A stretch of 64,000 nt of DNA from Paragordius varius (GCA_964247055.1 OZ176056.1:7812001-7876000); one strand, 5' to 3'; counted from the first letter of the stretch, positions 12,446 through 27,381 are shown. Translations and numbers: made by a program. Notes: generated by a model from the sequence alone, not told the origin.

Positions 12446-15400
12446 TAGATTCTTGATTAGAGATGAATCCACATTTTTTGATAATGCCAAACGGAGTCGC
12501 ATAGTATATGAAATTTTGTCCCGGGCAAAATATGATGTACAAGCCTTAAAATTTGGTTTTTTTTATTTTTACGATATAATATATTAAAACTAATCTAGCT
12601 TGCTTTTTAATTTTCTTTACCAACATTTAAACAAAACCATCCTAATATGATTAAAACACATGACAAAACTTCTCAAATATAAAACAACATTTTTATCATA
12701 TAAATGAAAACTTTAAACTTTAAATAAATTAAAACTATTTTTATACGTTTCATAGGTTTATGCAAACTATTAGCTACTCAAACCTATCTCACAGCTTACC
12801 CACTTCATGATGGTCCCTCCTATTACCACCATTATTATTATTCAATCAAAAATAATTTTATCAAAAACAAAAACAATATAAATGACCAATGGCAAACAAA
12901 ATCAGCTGATACCGCTTATAAAATTGAAAATAAAACAAAGTTGCAACATTCCAAGGAAAAGGAACAAACTTTTTCAATGTTATCACAAGATGTGTGTAAT
13001 GATAAAATATCTAAAACTGGTGTTGACGACCCTTGTTTTAATACATCACCTCCTCTAGAAAGTGATCGACAAGTATTTTTTATTATGTTTTATAGTTTTG
13101 ACAAAAAAATTTTTTCCAGTAAAAATGATACCACATACAGCTCAAATTCACCCTTGAACAATTTAAATTCATCTCAAAACAATTCAAACCTTATAAATGT
13201 ATTATTAAAAAGTACCTATATTTTTATACTGTATTTTGGAAAATTAAATTTCGTTTTTTATTTACATGACACGGAAAAAATGATAGTTTATAACAAAAAG
13301 AAATAATTCATATTAATGATGTGTTTATTATCCCGAAAACACCTGATATATTTTAGGGTGTTTTTGAATTGTTTAAGGGTGAATTTGAGGTGTAAATGGT
13401 ATCACTTCTTGTAAACCCCAATTATGGGTAAAATTCATGAATACTCTCTGTATTATAAACCCTTTCTAACAAAAACGGTATTATGTTTTTTTAATTAGAT
13501 TTTTTTCAATATTTTTATTTTTCAAATAAATAATTATAATTTTCACCAATGTATCATAAAGAAAAATGATTCATTTTGCATTTTTTGTTTTTTTTAATAT
13601 TGTGAGGGTTTTATAACGCCACCAGACTAAGCTACACTTAACTTTGTAGTAAGAATCTTATTTATACATCAGAACAAACAGTCTATTGCTAACTATGAAT
13701 TTCTTAGTTTATTATTCAAGTTATTAGGGGTTCTCTATAAAGCGTTTTTATAAAAAATTAATTATTTGGGCATACCTTTTAGATTCTGTATCGTATATGG
13801 GCTCGTGGTGGTGTGTTTTATATGGAACAACCTATAGCTCTAATAAGGTAAGTTTTTTAATACAATTAAGCAATTATTCCATTTTCCTTTTTATTAGTGC
13901 TAAGTTAAAACACTTTAACATGCATTTTTTGTAATTAATATATGTTTTTTCATGTTTTTTATGACAGAATCTTTATAATTTTCAGTTTAAAAGTTTTTTT
14001 ACAGTTTCCATAATTTCAATTCGTTTGTTATCTAATTATAAAAAGTAGTATATTTTTATCAACTTTTTTAAACAGTCAAACAAAACAATATTTCATGGGG
14101 AAAAGCTTAAATAGACTATAATATTATTATTAATTGTAACTTTTTTTTTGAACAATGTTATAAAAGAAAATCACAAATTTTTTTAGCGGAAAACGCCATC
14201 TTATTGCTTGATAGGAAGTACTATAACTTCTAATTGCAAAGGTAGGCTAAGAGAAATAATCTCCATAATATGTTAAATGTTATAAAAGGCTAAAAAATAT
14301 ATTTTTGATTTTACCTTATATAATTGGTATATTCCCGAGTTGATTATATTTATTTGTACTTGAAAACTCATCCACAAAAGTCAAAAAAAGATATAATATA
14401 TTCCATAAATAATAGTATGTTTTTCTAATTAGCCATCAGTCGCCATTTATATTCACCCTCTAACAGTTTAAATTCACCTTAAAAATAAATTAAGTGTTTT
14501 CGGGCTAATATAACTCATCATTATTAATTATATCATATATTTTTATGGCATAATTTATAATTTTTTCTTATGGAAATTTACAACAAAACTTCATTCATTT
14601 TTTAAAAAAATTTAAAATAATTAAGGTAATTTTTAATCCTAAATTGCACATAATATATTTTAGGTTGATTTTGAATTGTTCAATGGAGAGAATTTGAAGT
14701 GTAAAAAATGGTATAACAATTTGTTTTCAAATATCTTTTTGCCATGTGTGTTTTGTCTTAAATACAGTTTTGTTTTTGATATTTTTAATTTATTTAAATA
14801 TTCGCTTTAACAGAGGCTTAAATATTATCAATAACAATTCCTGGTATAAATCATAATAAAACTATCTACTATGAATAAAAATTTACTTATATATATATAT
14901 ATTGTAATGTAATAGAAAATATTTTGGTGAAAAGATTGCAATTTATTTCGCTTGGTTAGGATTTTATACAGCCATGTTAATTCCTGCCGCCTTTTTTGGG
15001 ATCCTTTGTTTCGTGTATGGGATAGCTACCTTTCATACCTATGTGCCCATGTAAAATAATTTATTTTTTTCCCACGATAAAATTATTTAAAAAAAGTTTC
15101 AAAAAATTTTAAATTAAAAAATTTATAAATACGATCAATCATCAGTTTTTTACTCAATTTTGAATTTTTTTGCATTAATCAATGGAAGAGTTTAATTTTC
15201 AATCGTTGCGCTATAAATGTAATAGAAATATTAACTCCTATATTATGGCACTCAATTATAAATCTAAACCATTTATTATAATCGACAATTCAAAATAAAA
15301 TAATATCATGTATAAAAAATATTAGTCATATAGTTTTTATGTCCTGTTTTTTAAAAAATTTCCAGATAATAAAATTATTTACTGCATAACTTTACTTTTA

Positions 15401-18400
15401 CCAACGAGAATTAGATGTGTAAAATGCCCTTCTTAAAATTTCATAAAAAATTATTATATAACAAAGCTCAGGATATTAATATAATTTTTATTCATATTTT
15501 TAAGTAACATATTTTTTATTATAAAAAATTGTGGTGGTTTTATAAAATAAATTATTAATTGGTTTCAAATATTAATTAAAAAAAGTTTTTTATATAATCA
15601 ATTTTTTTTCCTAAAATTGTCACTATTTAAATATACCATTTACAGTTTAAATCACTATTAAACAATTCAAGTTCACCCTTGAATAATTCAAATTCACCCT
15701 TGAACAATTTAAATTCTCCTTCGAACAATTCAAAACACCCTAAAATAAATTATGTGTTTTTAAGATTATTTTTTTATATTTTTAAAAAAAGAACCTTGTA
15801 TTTAATCAAAATAATAGTGAAAAAATAATAAACTTTGCCATAAAAATATATTTAATTATAATGTTGACTTAAATTTGACCGAAATTTCATAATTTATTTT
15901 TAGGGAGAATTTGAATTGTTCAAGGATAAATTTGAATTGATTTATTTTTAGGGAGAATTTGAATTGTTCAAGGGTGAATTTGAATTGATTTATTCAAGGG
16001 TGAATTTGAATTGTTTAAAGGTGAATTTTTATATTATATCCCTACTAAAATAATAGTTTAGAGTTATGTGATGTGAATGGTGTTGGCAACATTACAATGT
16101 GCCCACTATGTGATGAATTGTGCGATTTTTGGAAACTTTCAGACTCTTGTTTATATACCAAAGTTATCAATTTTCATATACCATTTACAGTTCAATTTCA
16201 TCCTTAAACAATTTAAATTCACCCTTGAACAATTCAAATTCACCCTCAAATAAAATATATGTTTTTTAAGATTAAAAATTACCTATATTTTATATATTTT
16301 TCAACAATAAAAGTTTTGTCTTAATTAAAATAGTGAAAAAATAATAAACTATACCATAAACATATATTTCATATTAATAATGAATTATACTAGTTCGAAA
16401 ACGCATAATTTATTTTTAGGGTGAATTTGAATTGTTCGAAGGTGAATTTGAATTGTTCAAGGGTGAATTTGAATTGTTCGAGAATTTGAATTGTTCAAGG
16501 ATGAATTCGAACTGTAAATGGTATATTTAAAAAAAAATTACTATCTTAATAAATTTTTTTTTAAAATCAAAATTCAGATTTTTTTTAGCATATAAAGCTA
16601 TCTGTAATTTAAAATTTATACAATTTTTAAATAACTTATATGACTATGGCGTTATTTAACATATCAATAAATTTTAATCGTATAATCATTCTTAAAAATA
16701 CTTGGAATCGTATTAAATGGTTAACTTTTTAAAAAAATAACCTATTTTCTTGTTCATCTCAGCTTTATTTAATTTAATTTTACTGATTTTTACCAAACGA
16801 GTAGAATATATATATATTTATATATATATAATTATTTTTGCGAATTTTATAATTTATAAAAATTATTATTTTGTAGTTAACATATCTGTTTGATAACCGT
16901 GCGACTGTAGCCTTCTCCATATTCATGTCTTTTTGGTGTAAGAATTTTAGTTATATTTTAAGGATGAAAATAATTTTTTATGCCCTAAACATTTGTAACA
17001 ATAAAATAAAAAAAACTATAAAATTACTTAATTATATATTTGGATTTTTTTAATCCTATTTGATATGAAAGAAATAAAAATAAAACTATAATATATATCG
17101 GCCGAATTTTATTTTATAAGAGAATGGTATAATAATGATTATTATATAATATATTTTGGTTTTTTGAAATTAATTAACTTGTTTTTCTAAATTTTATATA
17201 AATTAATTTATGAATAAAAAAGTTTGAAAAATATTTTATGGTTCATTTTAATATTGATAATAACCATTTACACTTCTAATTCACCCTTTTTCAATTAAAT
17301 ACCCTAAAAATAATATATGTGTTTTTAGCGGCTAATCTAGCTCATTATTAATATGAAATATTCTTTATGGCATAGTTTATCATTTTTTTCAGACTTATGT
17401 TATGTTAAACAAAATTTCATGCCTTAAAAATATTGAAAAACATATATAGCTAATTTTTAATTTTCAAAAACCTAATAATTTATATTTAGGATTTTTTAAT
17501 TTAGAATTTTGGCGTAAATGTGGCATATTACCTATATGTGGTTTATCATTTTTGATTTAACCTTAAAATATTGGAAAAAGTGAAGTGCATTAGGATTAAC
17601 ACAAAATTAATAACTTACAAGCGCATTGCCTTATTTTAATAAGCTTTCATTCTAATAACCAACTAAACAAACTTTATTTATGTTATGATAATCATTAAGC
17701 TACCCTATTTTTTGGAGCTTTGGAAACGTAGGCAAAACACATTGGCGTGGGCTTGGGACACGAAAGATTTTGAGGAGGAAGAAATGATACGACCCGAATA
17801 TGAACACATTGTAAAAACTGTACGGCGTAATCCGGTAACTGGTCAATTTGAACCATACCTGCCCCTGATAAGTCGAACACTCCGGGTAATGGGAGCCGGG
17901 ATAGCTGTCTTAACTTTCGTAAGTCATCATAAAAATTTTTAAGGATAAAGTATTGTTGCCTCTTAACATTCTAATAAATCAATCCAAAATTAATTAAGAG
18001 TTTCACGGTTCCGTAGTAAAATATAGGGGCCTCCTTCCTCTGGTGAAAAAAAAAGTATCTAAACTGTTTTCAGTGAGCCCCTTGCTTCTTTTCATAACGC
18101 GTTTTTACAATAAACAGATTATATAATAAATTAATTAGCTCATGCTGATTTTATTATAAACATTGCCGATAATATGTAAATAAGGTCCTATTTTCTAGTC
18201 AAACTCGTTTAGATATGATTTTACCTTGTCTCACAAATTTACACGAACATATGGGATATTCTAAGAAGTCCTCATAGTAAACCAAAAACAATAAAAAATT
18301 AATTATTAAATCACAATATTTTCTCAATACGCATCCGTATTAATTCTATTAATATCTGATAATATGTATATAAATAATCATTCTAACTCGAGAAATATTG

Positions 18401-21400
18401 ATATATATATATATATATATTTGTTTGTTTTTGTTTTATTTGCCCATTATAAAAGCTTTAAAATACCCATAATTAAACAAGTAAGTTTGTGCCCTCCGCG
18501 ATATCTTATGTGTGCGGCCCTCGAAAAATTTATAAAAATATACTAAATATAATACAATAATATGAATTATATGTTCATAAAATTTTGGTAAAATTGACAT
18601 ACAAATTTCTTAAATAAGTCCTTTTAATAGACAACAAATCCGCAAATATCGGTAAAAATAATACTCGTTATATTTTTACAAAGTCATAAAAAAAATTAAA
18701 TTTATAAATACCCCTCCCTCCTGTATTTGCTGAGAATGTATTTGTGTTGTTTAACTTGCCTTTTTTGAATTTTATCTTGCATCAATATTATATATTATAT
18801 ATAATATATATTAATTAGCTTATTATGGTCCTTGGCGTCGTGTTTGGCGTTATAATATATCGACTTTCGATCGTAAGCGTTTTACATGGTCAGCGTGATC
18901 GAATAATTAGTCAAAATGCAAAAATTACGACAAATATATCATCAGCCATACTAAATCTTATAGCTATTATCATACTTAATCGGGTTACTATTCATATATT
19001 AATACCAATTTGTCGATTTTATTTTATTTTTTCTTTTTTTTTCAAAAAACTAACTTTGTTTAACTCCTGTCATAACAGTTTTCTTTAAAAGTTTTTAGGA
19101 TACTTTTTTTTATTTAACATATATTTTGATACAATAAATTTAAATTAATATACTATATATAATCCGTTTTGTTGTTTTCATAAGCGTTTTTAATATTAAA
19201 AGAGATAAATATATCCGAAGTATTCTTACACTTGTGTAATCTAAATAAATTTTTATTTATGTATATATATAGCCATTATTAATTGTTTAAAGAAATTTAA
19301 AAAAATATGGATTATATCATTTTGTGTAATGAGTAATTTTTTAAATAAAGTTTTGTTCTATTATTATTAGATATACGCTAAAATAGCCACTTACCTTACA
19401 AATTTGGGTAATTTATTTTTTTCCTTTTTCTTTTGATTCTTATTGTTGCGAATAATTGAAATTTTTTAAGATTTGCTATTAATAATATTTAAAATATTTT
19501 ATATAGAGTTAAATTTTTTACTAATTTTTTGCAAAAGGATTAAATGGTGAAAATAATTATTAAATGTTTCTAAAATATTAATTATAATTAAGTTTTTTTA
19601 ATTTTATAAAAAAAATTTGGATAATAGTTTAATTACAGTAAAAACTGAAATTATACGGACAAAACGTAAGTGTAAAGAGACATGTATTTTAAAAGATGGT
19701 CATATATTTTAAATCTTGATTTATTTTTTATAAATATAAATCATTGTTAATTGCTAAATGCGAAATAAAGAGATAATATATATATATATATATAAGAAAC
19801 ATAATCAAATCTATATTTTACAATTGTAACTAAATAATGGCTTTCCTTTAGAGAAAAAAAATATTTGTCCTTATATTTTTACGTATTGTGTCCGTGTATA
19901 ATTTCAATTTTTACTGTATTTTAACTAATTTTGTAGTTATTTCCCAAAATTTGGGAACATTTATTCAAAAAAATTTGTTTAAGAAAATCAATTTTACTTA
20001 GATAGATTTCATTAAAATTATATAAATGAAATTTCTTCCTTGGTTTTTACGATTACGCCTTTATAATTCCAATTTTAATACTGTGTAATAATCTATTTAT
20101 TGTAGAATGCCCACGAACCCGAACAGATTATGAAGATAGTTATACGCTGAAAATGTTTTTATTTCAATTCGTCAATTTCTATTCATCACTCATCTACATT
20201 GCATTTTTTAAAGGGAGGTAGGTTGATCAATTTTATTTATATTTTTTTGTTTTATATCCTTATATTTAAAAAATAGTTTATATTTTTAAATTTCCGAAAT
20301 TTCACTGAGGGATAAAACATTATCCAGCCTCTTAAGTGTTTTAAGATTTAAATAACTAACCAATTTTTTAAAAAACTTACAAATTTTTATATTATTCATA
20401 TCATTTTTTTGTAGATTTTCAGGGACCCCGGCTGGTGGGGGTAAAGTATTTGGATATCGATTAGAACCAGTAATAATTACATATATTTTTACCCTATTTT
20501 TAATATATATATTTTTTTATTTAAATTTATATTTTAATTTTTTATTCATACGAATTTAGTGTGAGCCTGCGGGGTGTATGGCCGAATTATTTATTCAATT
20601 TGTCGTTATTATGATTGGGAAACAGGCTCTTAATAATATTCAAGAGCTATTATTTCCGTAAATATTTTTGTTGTTTCTATTGATTAAAAATGATTTTATT
20701 ATTTGTAATATTAATATTTTAAATAATGAGGGTTATCAATTCCAACCCATATTTAATTTTCCGTTTTTACGTTAAATTATTAATCTATTATATTATGGAA
20801 GCCAATTTCAATTTTATGTTGGTTAATATAAACATTAGATATTTTTTTATTAATTTAAACAATTTCTCTAAATTTTATCCGTTTTAAAAAAGGTCCAAAC
20901 TTACAAATTATCCAATAAGTAAAATTTGAAATTATACCGACAAAAGTGAAACATAAAGTCAAAAATATTTCGTTAAAGACAACCATAATTTTAAAATCAT
21001 TATTTTTTTTAAATATTACTCATTATTTAAAACTATCAAATTATAAAGTGATGTAAATTTATTGTGTATATATATAATTTTTATAGGATAAATCAAGGTT
21101 TAAACTAGTAGTATAATTGCCATTTCAAAAACAATAATTATCTTTATATTTTTACGTTTTTTTGTCCGTATTATTACAATTTTTTACTGTACTGTCCTGA
21201 TATTTTAATAATCTATAAAAACACACTCCTGTCCCCATAGCGTCATTATGAATTGGTGGCGACGTCGAAAAACATTATCCCATAGACTTCAAAAACGCGT
21301 AAGGAATTCAATTGCTCAAATTCAAACTTTTAATGCTAAATCCTTCAAAGCTGCCAAAAATCAGTTTAATACTGAAACTAATCAAAATAATAATAATAAT

Positions 21401-24400
21401 AATGAAATTTATCAAAACACATTACATAAACCATCCACTACTAATGTTGGCGATAATTTTAGAAAACGTGAAAATACGAATTCAAATTCATTAGCAGCGG
21501 AAGAAATAAAAAGGTTTGATGATTATATCTTCTAGATGGGTGGTTTTTATACACTCGGCCTACGCGCGAAATTCCAATTATAAAATATTACGAAATCTGT
21601 GTGGAATTTATTAAACAAATTTTTTGAATTTATATTCCATTTTTTTCTTGCATTGAACTAGCAAAAAGTTTTTAAAGAGCTATATATATAAAATTTTATA
21701 AAATATTTGTTATATACCCATATATTTTGCGGATCCGGCCCTTAAGTCAATTGTGTTGTACACGCTTGATTTGGTTGGTTGAGTTTTTTTATCCACATAA
21801 AAAGTACAGTATGCATTTTAATGGTTGTTGTTTATTTCATATAGTAGGGCGATTGGCACTACAGTAGTAGTGTATGGAAAAAAAGGAAAAAATTGTTCAT
21901 TTTCAACATTTTGTTTTGTTGTTTTCCATAAACTGCTTTGTTGTGAATTTGTGAAATAAGCAACCATTAAAATGCATACTGTAATATAAAAATTATAATA
22001 AAACATATTTTTTCAACATTTTACATTTGTGAAATATGCACAAATTATAAATATCTCTGTTTATAAGTAACGGTCAGATTGATAAAAAAATTTTGCATTA
22101 AAAACTCCAATAGATATAGTACTTCAACTGTTAAAATTGGTAGTAATAATCATTAATATATTGAAATAAATTATTAATAAAGTGATGAAAATTTTTCAAA
22201 TTTGAATTTTTTTGCTATAAATTGCTTTTTAATACCTATTCTTTCTTTCAAATAATTTCAATCATATACTAAATAGTTGTATGAAAGTGATTGACTGATT
22301 ATATTTTTAACCGGATTTAATTGTTACAAATTCCTTTTAGTTTTTCTTTACTTTATTTTACGATACGTAGCAGCCAATCTCCTCAAAGCCATATCAATAA
22401 TAATAATATAGATAATAATCAAACTTTAATCACTGTCGTACCAAACAATCCATTTGAACACTTTAATATGCCTGAACAAAAAAATATAGTAGCGCCTATA
22501 ACAGGATTAAGTTATAATTTTTATTCCCCCGATGTTAATAATGATATAATTGCAACAGAAGTCCAAAATTTAGATAACAACGCCATCTCTTCTGCTATAT
22601 CAAAGTGTCCAGAAAATGGTAACGCAACTAAAATATCATCTCCTATAATAAAAGCATCAATTATCCAACATGGTGACCATCGAAATAAGTTTAATACCCA
22701 AAATAAACAATGTAAAAATAAGGTATTAGGACAAAATGTAATTAATAAAAATATGGGCTTGAAACAAAACCAAGATAACAGTAAAAATAATCGGACAGAA
22801 ACGGCAACAATTTGTCAAAACGATAGCAATTCGACAATGCTGCCTAGGTATGAGGAAGATTTTGACTTGGAGGATACGGGTGAAATGGGACTTTTTTATG
22901 AATACCTTGAAATGGGTAATTTTTATTATAAATTTTAATTAACCAAAGATAAATGATAGAGTGTAGCTTATTTTATTAACTTTTTTTATTATATATGAAT
23001 CTACATGCTCGTTATCCTTTTCGATTTTGATTTAGGGTCCTAATTTTAAGGATACAATTGTTTAAAGTTACATATTAGTTTGTAGTTAATTTTGAGCTAT
23101 TTATTAACAATATATTAATGATTATATCATTCATTTGTATGGGATTCGCCATTAAATGATCGTACACCCGTTTTTGCAATCTTTTCTTGATTTGTTTAAT
23201 TCTAGATTTAAATTAAGTGATTCGAGGTCTTTTGTTTAAATTTAATATTGGATATTTTATATAAATGAATGACAATTGTTATACATAAAAAGTATATATT
23301 TTTGGATAATTGACCATTTATCAATTAACAAACAACAAGTTCAAGAACGGTGTCTATTAAAAAAGTAATCCTCTTAAAAAAATACAATAATATTCATTTT
23401 TTTACTTTATATTTGTTTTCTTTTACTTAACATATTTATCTATATATAATTTTTTTTGTCCATATTAAAATTGAATAATTATAATAGGTATTCAATTTGG
23501 ATTTACAACCATGTTTGTGGCTGCGTTTCCCCTTGCTCCTTTGTTTTCCCTGTTAAATAATGTGATTGAAATAAGATTGGATGCCTATAAGTATGTGACA
23601 CAATTTAGGCGACAGGTGGCCACACGTGTTCAGGATATTGGTAATTTTCAGTTTTATCTGTTTGATTTAAATTATAAGCTATTGGTTTATAAAATAATTT
23701 ATTTCGTTTAGATATATTACAGTATGCATTTTATTTGGTGTGCTTATTTCAAAATATAGTAGGGCAATTTACGTTATTACAATACTTTTTATAAAAGGAT
23801 AGACCTTATCTTCTTTAAATAACAAAATTTTATTTCATCCCGATTTTGTAAATACAACCTATTATTTTGTTGTTAAATATTAGAAAAATTTATCATTTAA
23901 AAGTTTATGATATAATAATAGGGGGATAATTTTAAATAAACTGTAATATATTTAGTTATATAAATATATAGGTTATTTTGAAATAAACAAAGATAAATAA
24001 TTTTGAGTAGTTAATAAATTGTTTAGCATAACTCTAACTAAACCAAAAAATTATGTTAAAAAATTTTCCACTAGGGGACCAAAAAAAAGATTGTTTATTA
24101 TCAGACTTTTAATACATTATATATTTTAGCAGAAACTATTTTATATATATAATAATAGGTGTATGGTATGAAATTATCAATGTGATTGCCAAATTGGCCG
24201 TAATAACTAACGTAAGTTTATAAATTTTGAGATTTTTTATATAAAATGTTTCCAACGGTTTTTTATTACTTAAACAGAATAAACGAAATTTATTTTTACT
24301 ATACAGTGGACCCCCCCCCCGCCCCAATCCCAGTTATAACTCGCATCTTGGCGCCCATGAGTTATTTATAATTAATATTTATTTTTCCAATAAAAATTAT

Positions 24401-27381
24401 CATATTAAGTGAAAAAAAAGTACAAAAATAATTTATTTTTAAATGCTGCTTTTAGCTTATTAGGATGGCTTAAAATACCCACAACTCAAATTTAAACATT
24501 TGACTTAAAAACTCTAGGACCTTGTTTCACTCTCAGAAAGGTGCATTTATAAATTTTAGGCGCTATATATGTAAAAAAAATAATTAAAGGGATGGTGTGG
24601 ATTGCTCCATATAACAACATGAGATATCATATACCGTTTATTAATATCGAAAAAAAGGAGTTTAACTTATATACCGTAAAAATTGAAATTATACTATGGA
24701 CAAAACGTAAAAAAAAGACAAACAATTTTTATATAAAAGACAATCATACTTTTAAAACCTTAATTTTTCTCATATAAGCTATTTAGTTACAACTGTAAAA
24801 TATAGAATTTATTATGTTAGTAATATATATCTTTATTTCGGACTTGGCTATTTGAAACATTGAATTATATTGAAATAAATCAAGATTTAAAAAGTTTGGT
24901 TGTCTTTTAGAAAAAAATATTTGTCTTTATATTTTTACGTTTTGTCCGAATAATTTCAGTTTTTATTGTATTTTATGGTTAATTTTAGGCAATGATAATC
25001 GCATTTACCTCAGACTTTATCCCTAAACTGGTGTATAAATATCATTTTGTACCCAAGTACACTAAAATGTCAACATCCACTGTACAACCGAACCAATTCA
25101 TTAATGTAGATTACAGTGTTAGACCTGTACCTCAAAATTATCATCAAAATTATTATCTTGATACAACATCCATAAATGATAAAATTGCCAATATGGCAGC
25201 AATTAACAGTTATGAATCAACTATTGCATTTCAACATTATGGTTTTAGCTCTGATACGGCCTATAGAAACAGATTAGGTGGTTATCTGAATTTCAGTCTT
25301 TCCACTTTTAACCTTAGTCAATTGGGATGGCCCTTAAGATTTGGGAATGGTACTTATCAGGGTTCCTATGTCCGAGCAAATTTTGAACGAATCAGCGTTT
25401 GTAGGTATGTTGAGATTGCGTTTGCATTAATTTTGCTTTATTTGTTTGGGGTTTTTTGCGTAGATTTTAATGTTTTACTCAATAATATTAAAATTACCAG
25501 GATAAAAATATTGATAAATAAGACTATAATTTCTTAACCGATCGATATACCGTATGTTAATGGTTGCTTATTTCACACTATAGTAGGGGGCAATTTGCAA
25601 CACAGGAGTGTATGGAAAAAAGAGAAGAAATAATTGTTTATTTAACATTTTGTTGTTTTTTCCATACACTACTGTGTTGCAAATTCCCCTGCTATAGTGT
25701 AAAATAAGCAACCATTAAAATGCATAATGTAATATATCGTTTAAAGTTACGTAATAAGGAAAAGATGTATATCGGAAACACACTTTTATAATCCTTAATT
25801 TAACAACTAAAGTTTTGCCGAATAAAGCAAAAAATATGGTTTCGAATAGATGTTATAATTTTTAATTCTTATGTTTTGTTATGAAATTAAATTATTACTT
25901 AATTTGGTCTTAGGCCAAGACTAATTGGAATATGTTATAGAAAATTTTAAAAAACAAAATAGATAAAATCCTATCACAGTATTTGGATATACTAACCTTA
26001 AAATTGGGCTTTTTTAATTCTTTACAAATTTATGAATATTCAATTATATAATCTAACTTATATCTTTTATACCGTTAGTGTAAAGTTTAATCCGATTAAA
26101 TTATAAATTTATCATATAATTTCTTCTCTACTTACTAAATTTAGATACCGAGATTTTCGTGAACCCGACCCGCCCTATGAATATTCTCATTTGTTTTGGG
26201 TCATTTTGGTGGCCAGACTGGCATTTGTACTGATATTTGAAGTGAGATGATATAGCTTAGTTAAAAAATTTTATTTATATTGAATATGGTTTAAAAATTT
26301 AGTTTTAGAGTAATTTTGTCATTTTTATGGATGGTGAATACCATATAAGCTTATTTATAATATACAAAAAAATATGAGTTATTATTTTAAAAAGGAATAA
26401 AACCCAAAAGATTCAGTTATAATTCATAGGACGGTGGACCATAAAAATTCTAGAATCAATTATTTTCGAAAAATATAATATATATTTTGTGAAACTCGCT
26501 TTGTAATCCAAAATATATATCTTGTTTATACAAAATTATTAATATTTAAACTATCTTTACATAGCGGATTTTCAAATATATCCAGGATTTTTTAATATAT
26601 TTAAAATTTATACTGTAAGGCCCAATTTATTTGGGATTTTGATAACCGAGGTTCCCAATAGCATAAAAAGACTAAAATTTAAAAATATTATATTTAGATT
26701 TGTCTTTAGATTATATAGACAAAGCTTAAAAATATAAAGACATATATTTTTTTAATAAAAACTTACTTATTTTAACCCTAAATACCCTGATGAATTAAAT
26801 TAGAATTGTAAATTACATGAATTATTTTAACAATTTACACGACTATATTATACTTTGCAAGTAAAAACAATAATTTATGTATAAATTATACGGACAAAGC
26901 GTAAAAATATAAAGACAAAAAATTTTTCTTAAAGACAACCATACCTTTTAAATACTGACTATTTTAAATATAACTGATTAAACTGCAAAGTGTAAAATAG
27001 AGAATTAAATTGGTAACACAATCCAGTATGTATATAACAATCGTAATTAAATGAATTTATAAGATATATTAGAGTTTAAAAATTATGGTTGTTTTTTGAA
27101 AAAATATTTTTGTCACGTTTTCTCTGTATAATTTCAATTTTTACATACATATAACCTATATACTGTATTAGCATGTGGTTTTTACACTTACTGAAGCTAT
27201 AGCCTACCTCATACCCGATATGCCTTACGTGTTAAAAGTGCATTTAGCTCGACAAAGGCTTTTACTTCGTGGAGCTTTGTATAACAGCAAATCCCCACTG
27301 CTTGAAAATAATGATAGTGCAATCACTGATAACACGCAAATTGAGTCGTCTTCTAATAACATTATTTTATCTAAAATTTAA
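9781..27381 (+). CDS. ANO: Anoctamin/TMEM16 family Ca2+-activated channel or scramblase (at least 22 exons; 5' end unresolved)
   Basis: Exons 9781-9957, 9983-10078, 11264-11412, 12449-12555, 12756-13072, 13783-13847, 14916-15050, 16057-16162, 16877-16937, 17700-17918, 18819-18983, 19371-19407, 20106-20217, 20415-20469, 20560-20657, 21241-21513, 22371-22915, 23488-23640, 24159-24211, 24989-25404, 26145-26241, 27172-27381. Motifs: [142 protein letters not shown]. Phases match except for one apparent +1 base near 17708-17713. Confidence 0.95.
10891..11217. mobile_element. TA-flanked MITE whose inverted arms are arrays of the 21-bp unit TTGAACAATTCAAATTCACCC
   Basis: ta|CCATTTAC...GTAAATGG|ta termini. 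Other full or partial copies at about 11910-12130, 12155-12390, 13131-13399, 14440-14710, 15636-16030, 16181-16521, 17266-17510, 33000-33120, 40920-41169, 44253-44570, 46267-46745, 48380-48455. Confidence 0.8.
12398..12439. repeat. (TA)n microsatellite directly upstream of an anoctamin 3' splice site
   Basis: About 20 TA units ending 9 nt before the exon at 12449. Similar tracts at about 10870, 11218, 11752, 14890, 19777, 35610, 40483 and 46243. Confidence 0.95.
19636..19916. mobile_element. TA-flanked palindromic MITE (Tc1/mariner-type termini CAGTAAAAA...TTTTTACTG)
   Basis: TIR cagtaaaaactgaaattatacggacaaaacgtaa and its reverse complement; related copies at about 20900-21190, 24660-24970, 26860-27145, 28840-29125. 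Confidence 0.7.
21807..21981. mobile_element. TA-flanked palindromic MITE (termini CAGTATGCATTTTAATGG...CCATTAAAATGCATACTG)
   Basis: Clear TIRs with TA on both sides (21805-21806, 21982-21983); relatives at about 23720, 25555-25730, 38598-38810, 42379-44188 and 48850-48950. Confidence 0.75.
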
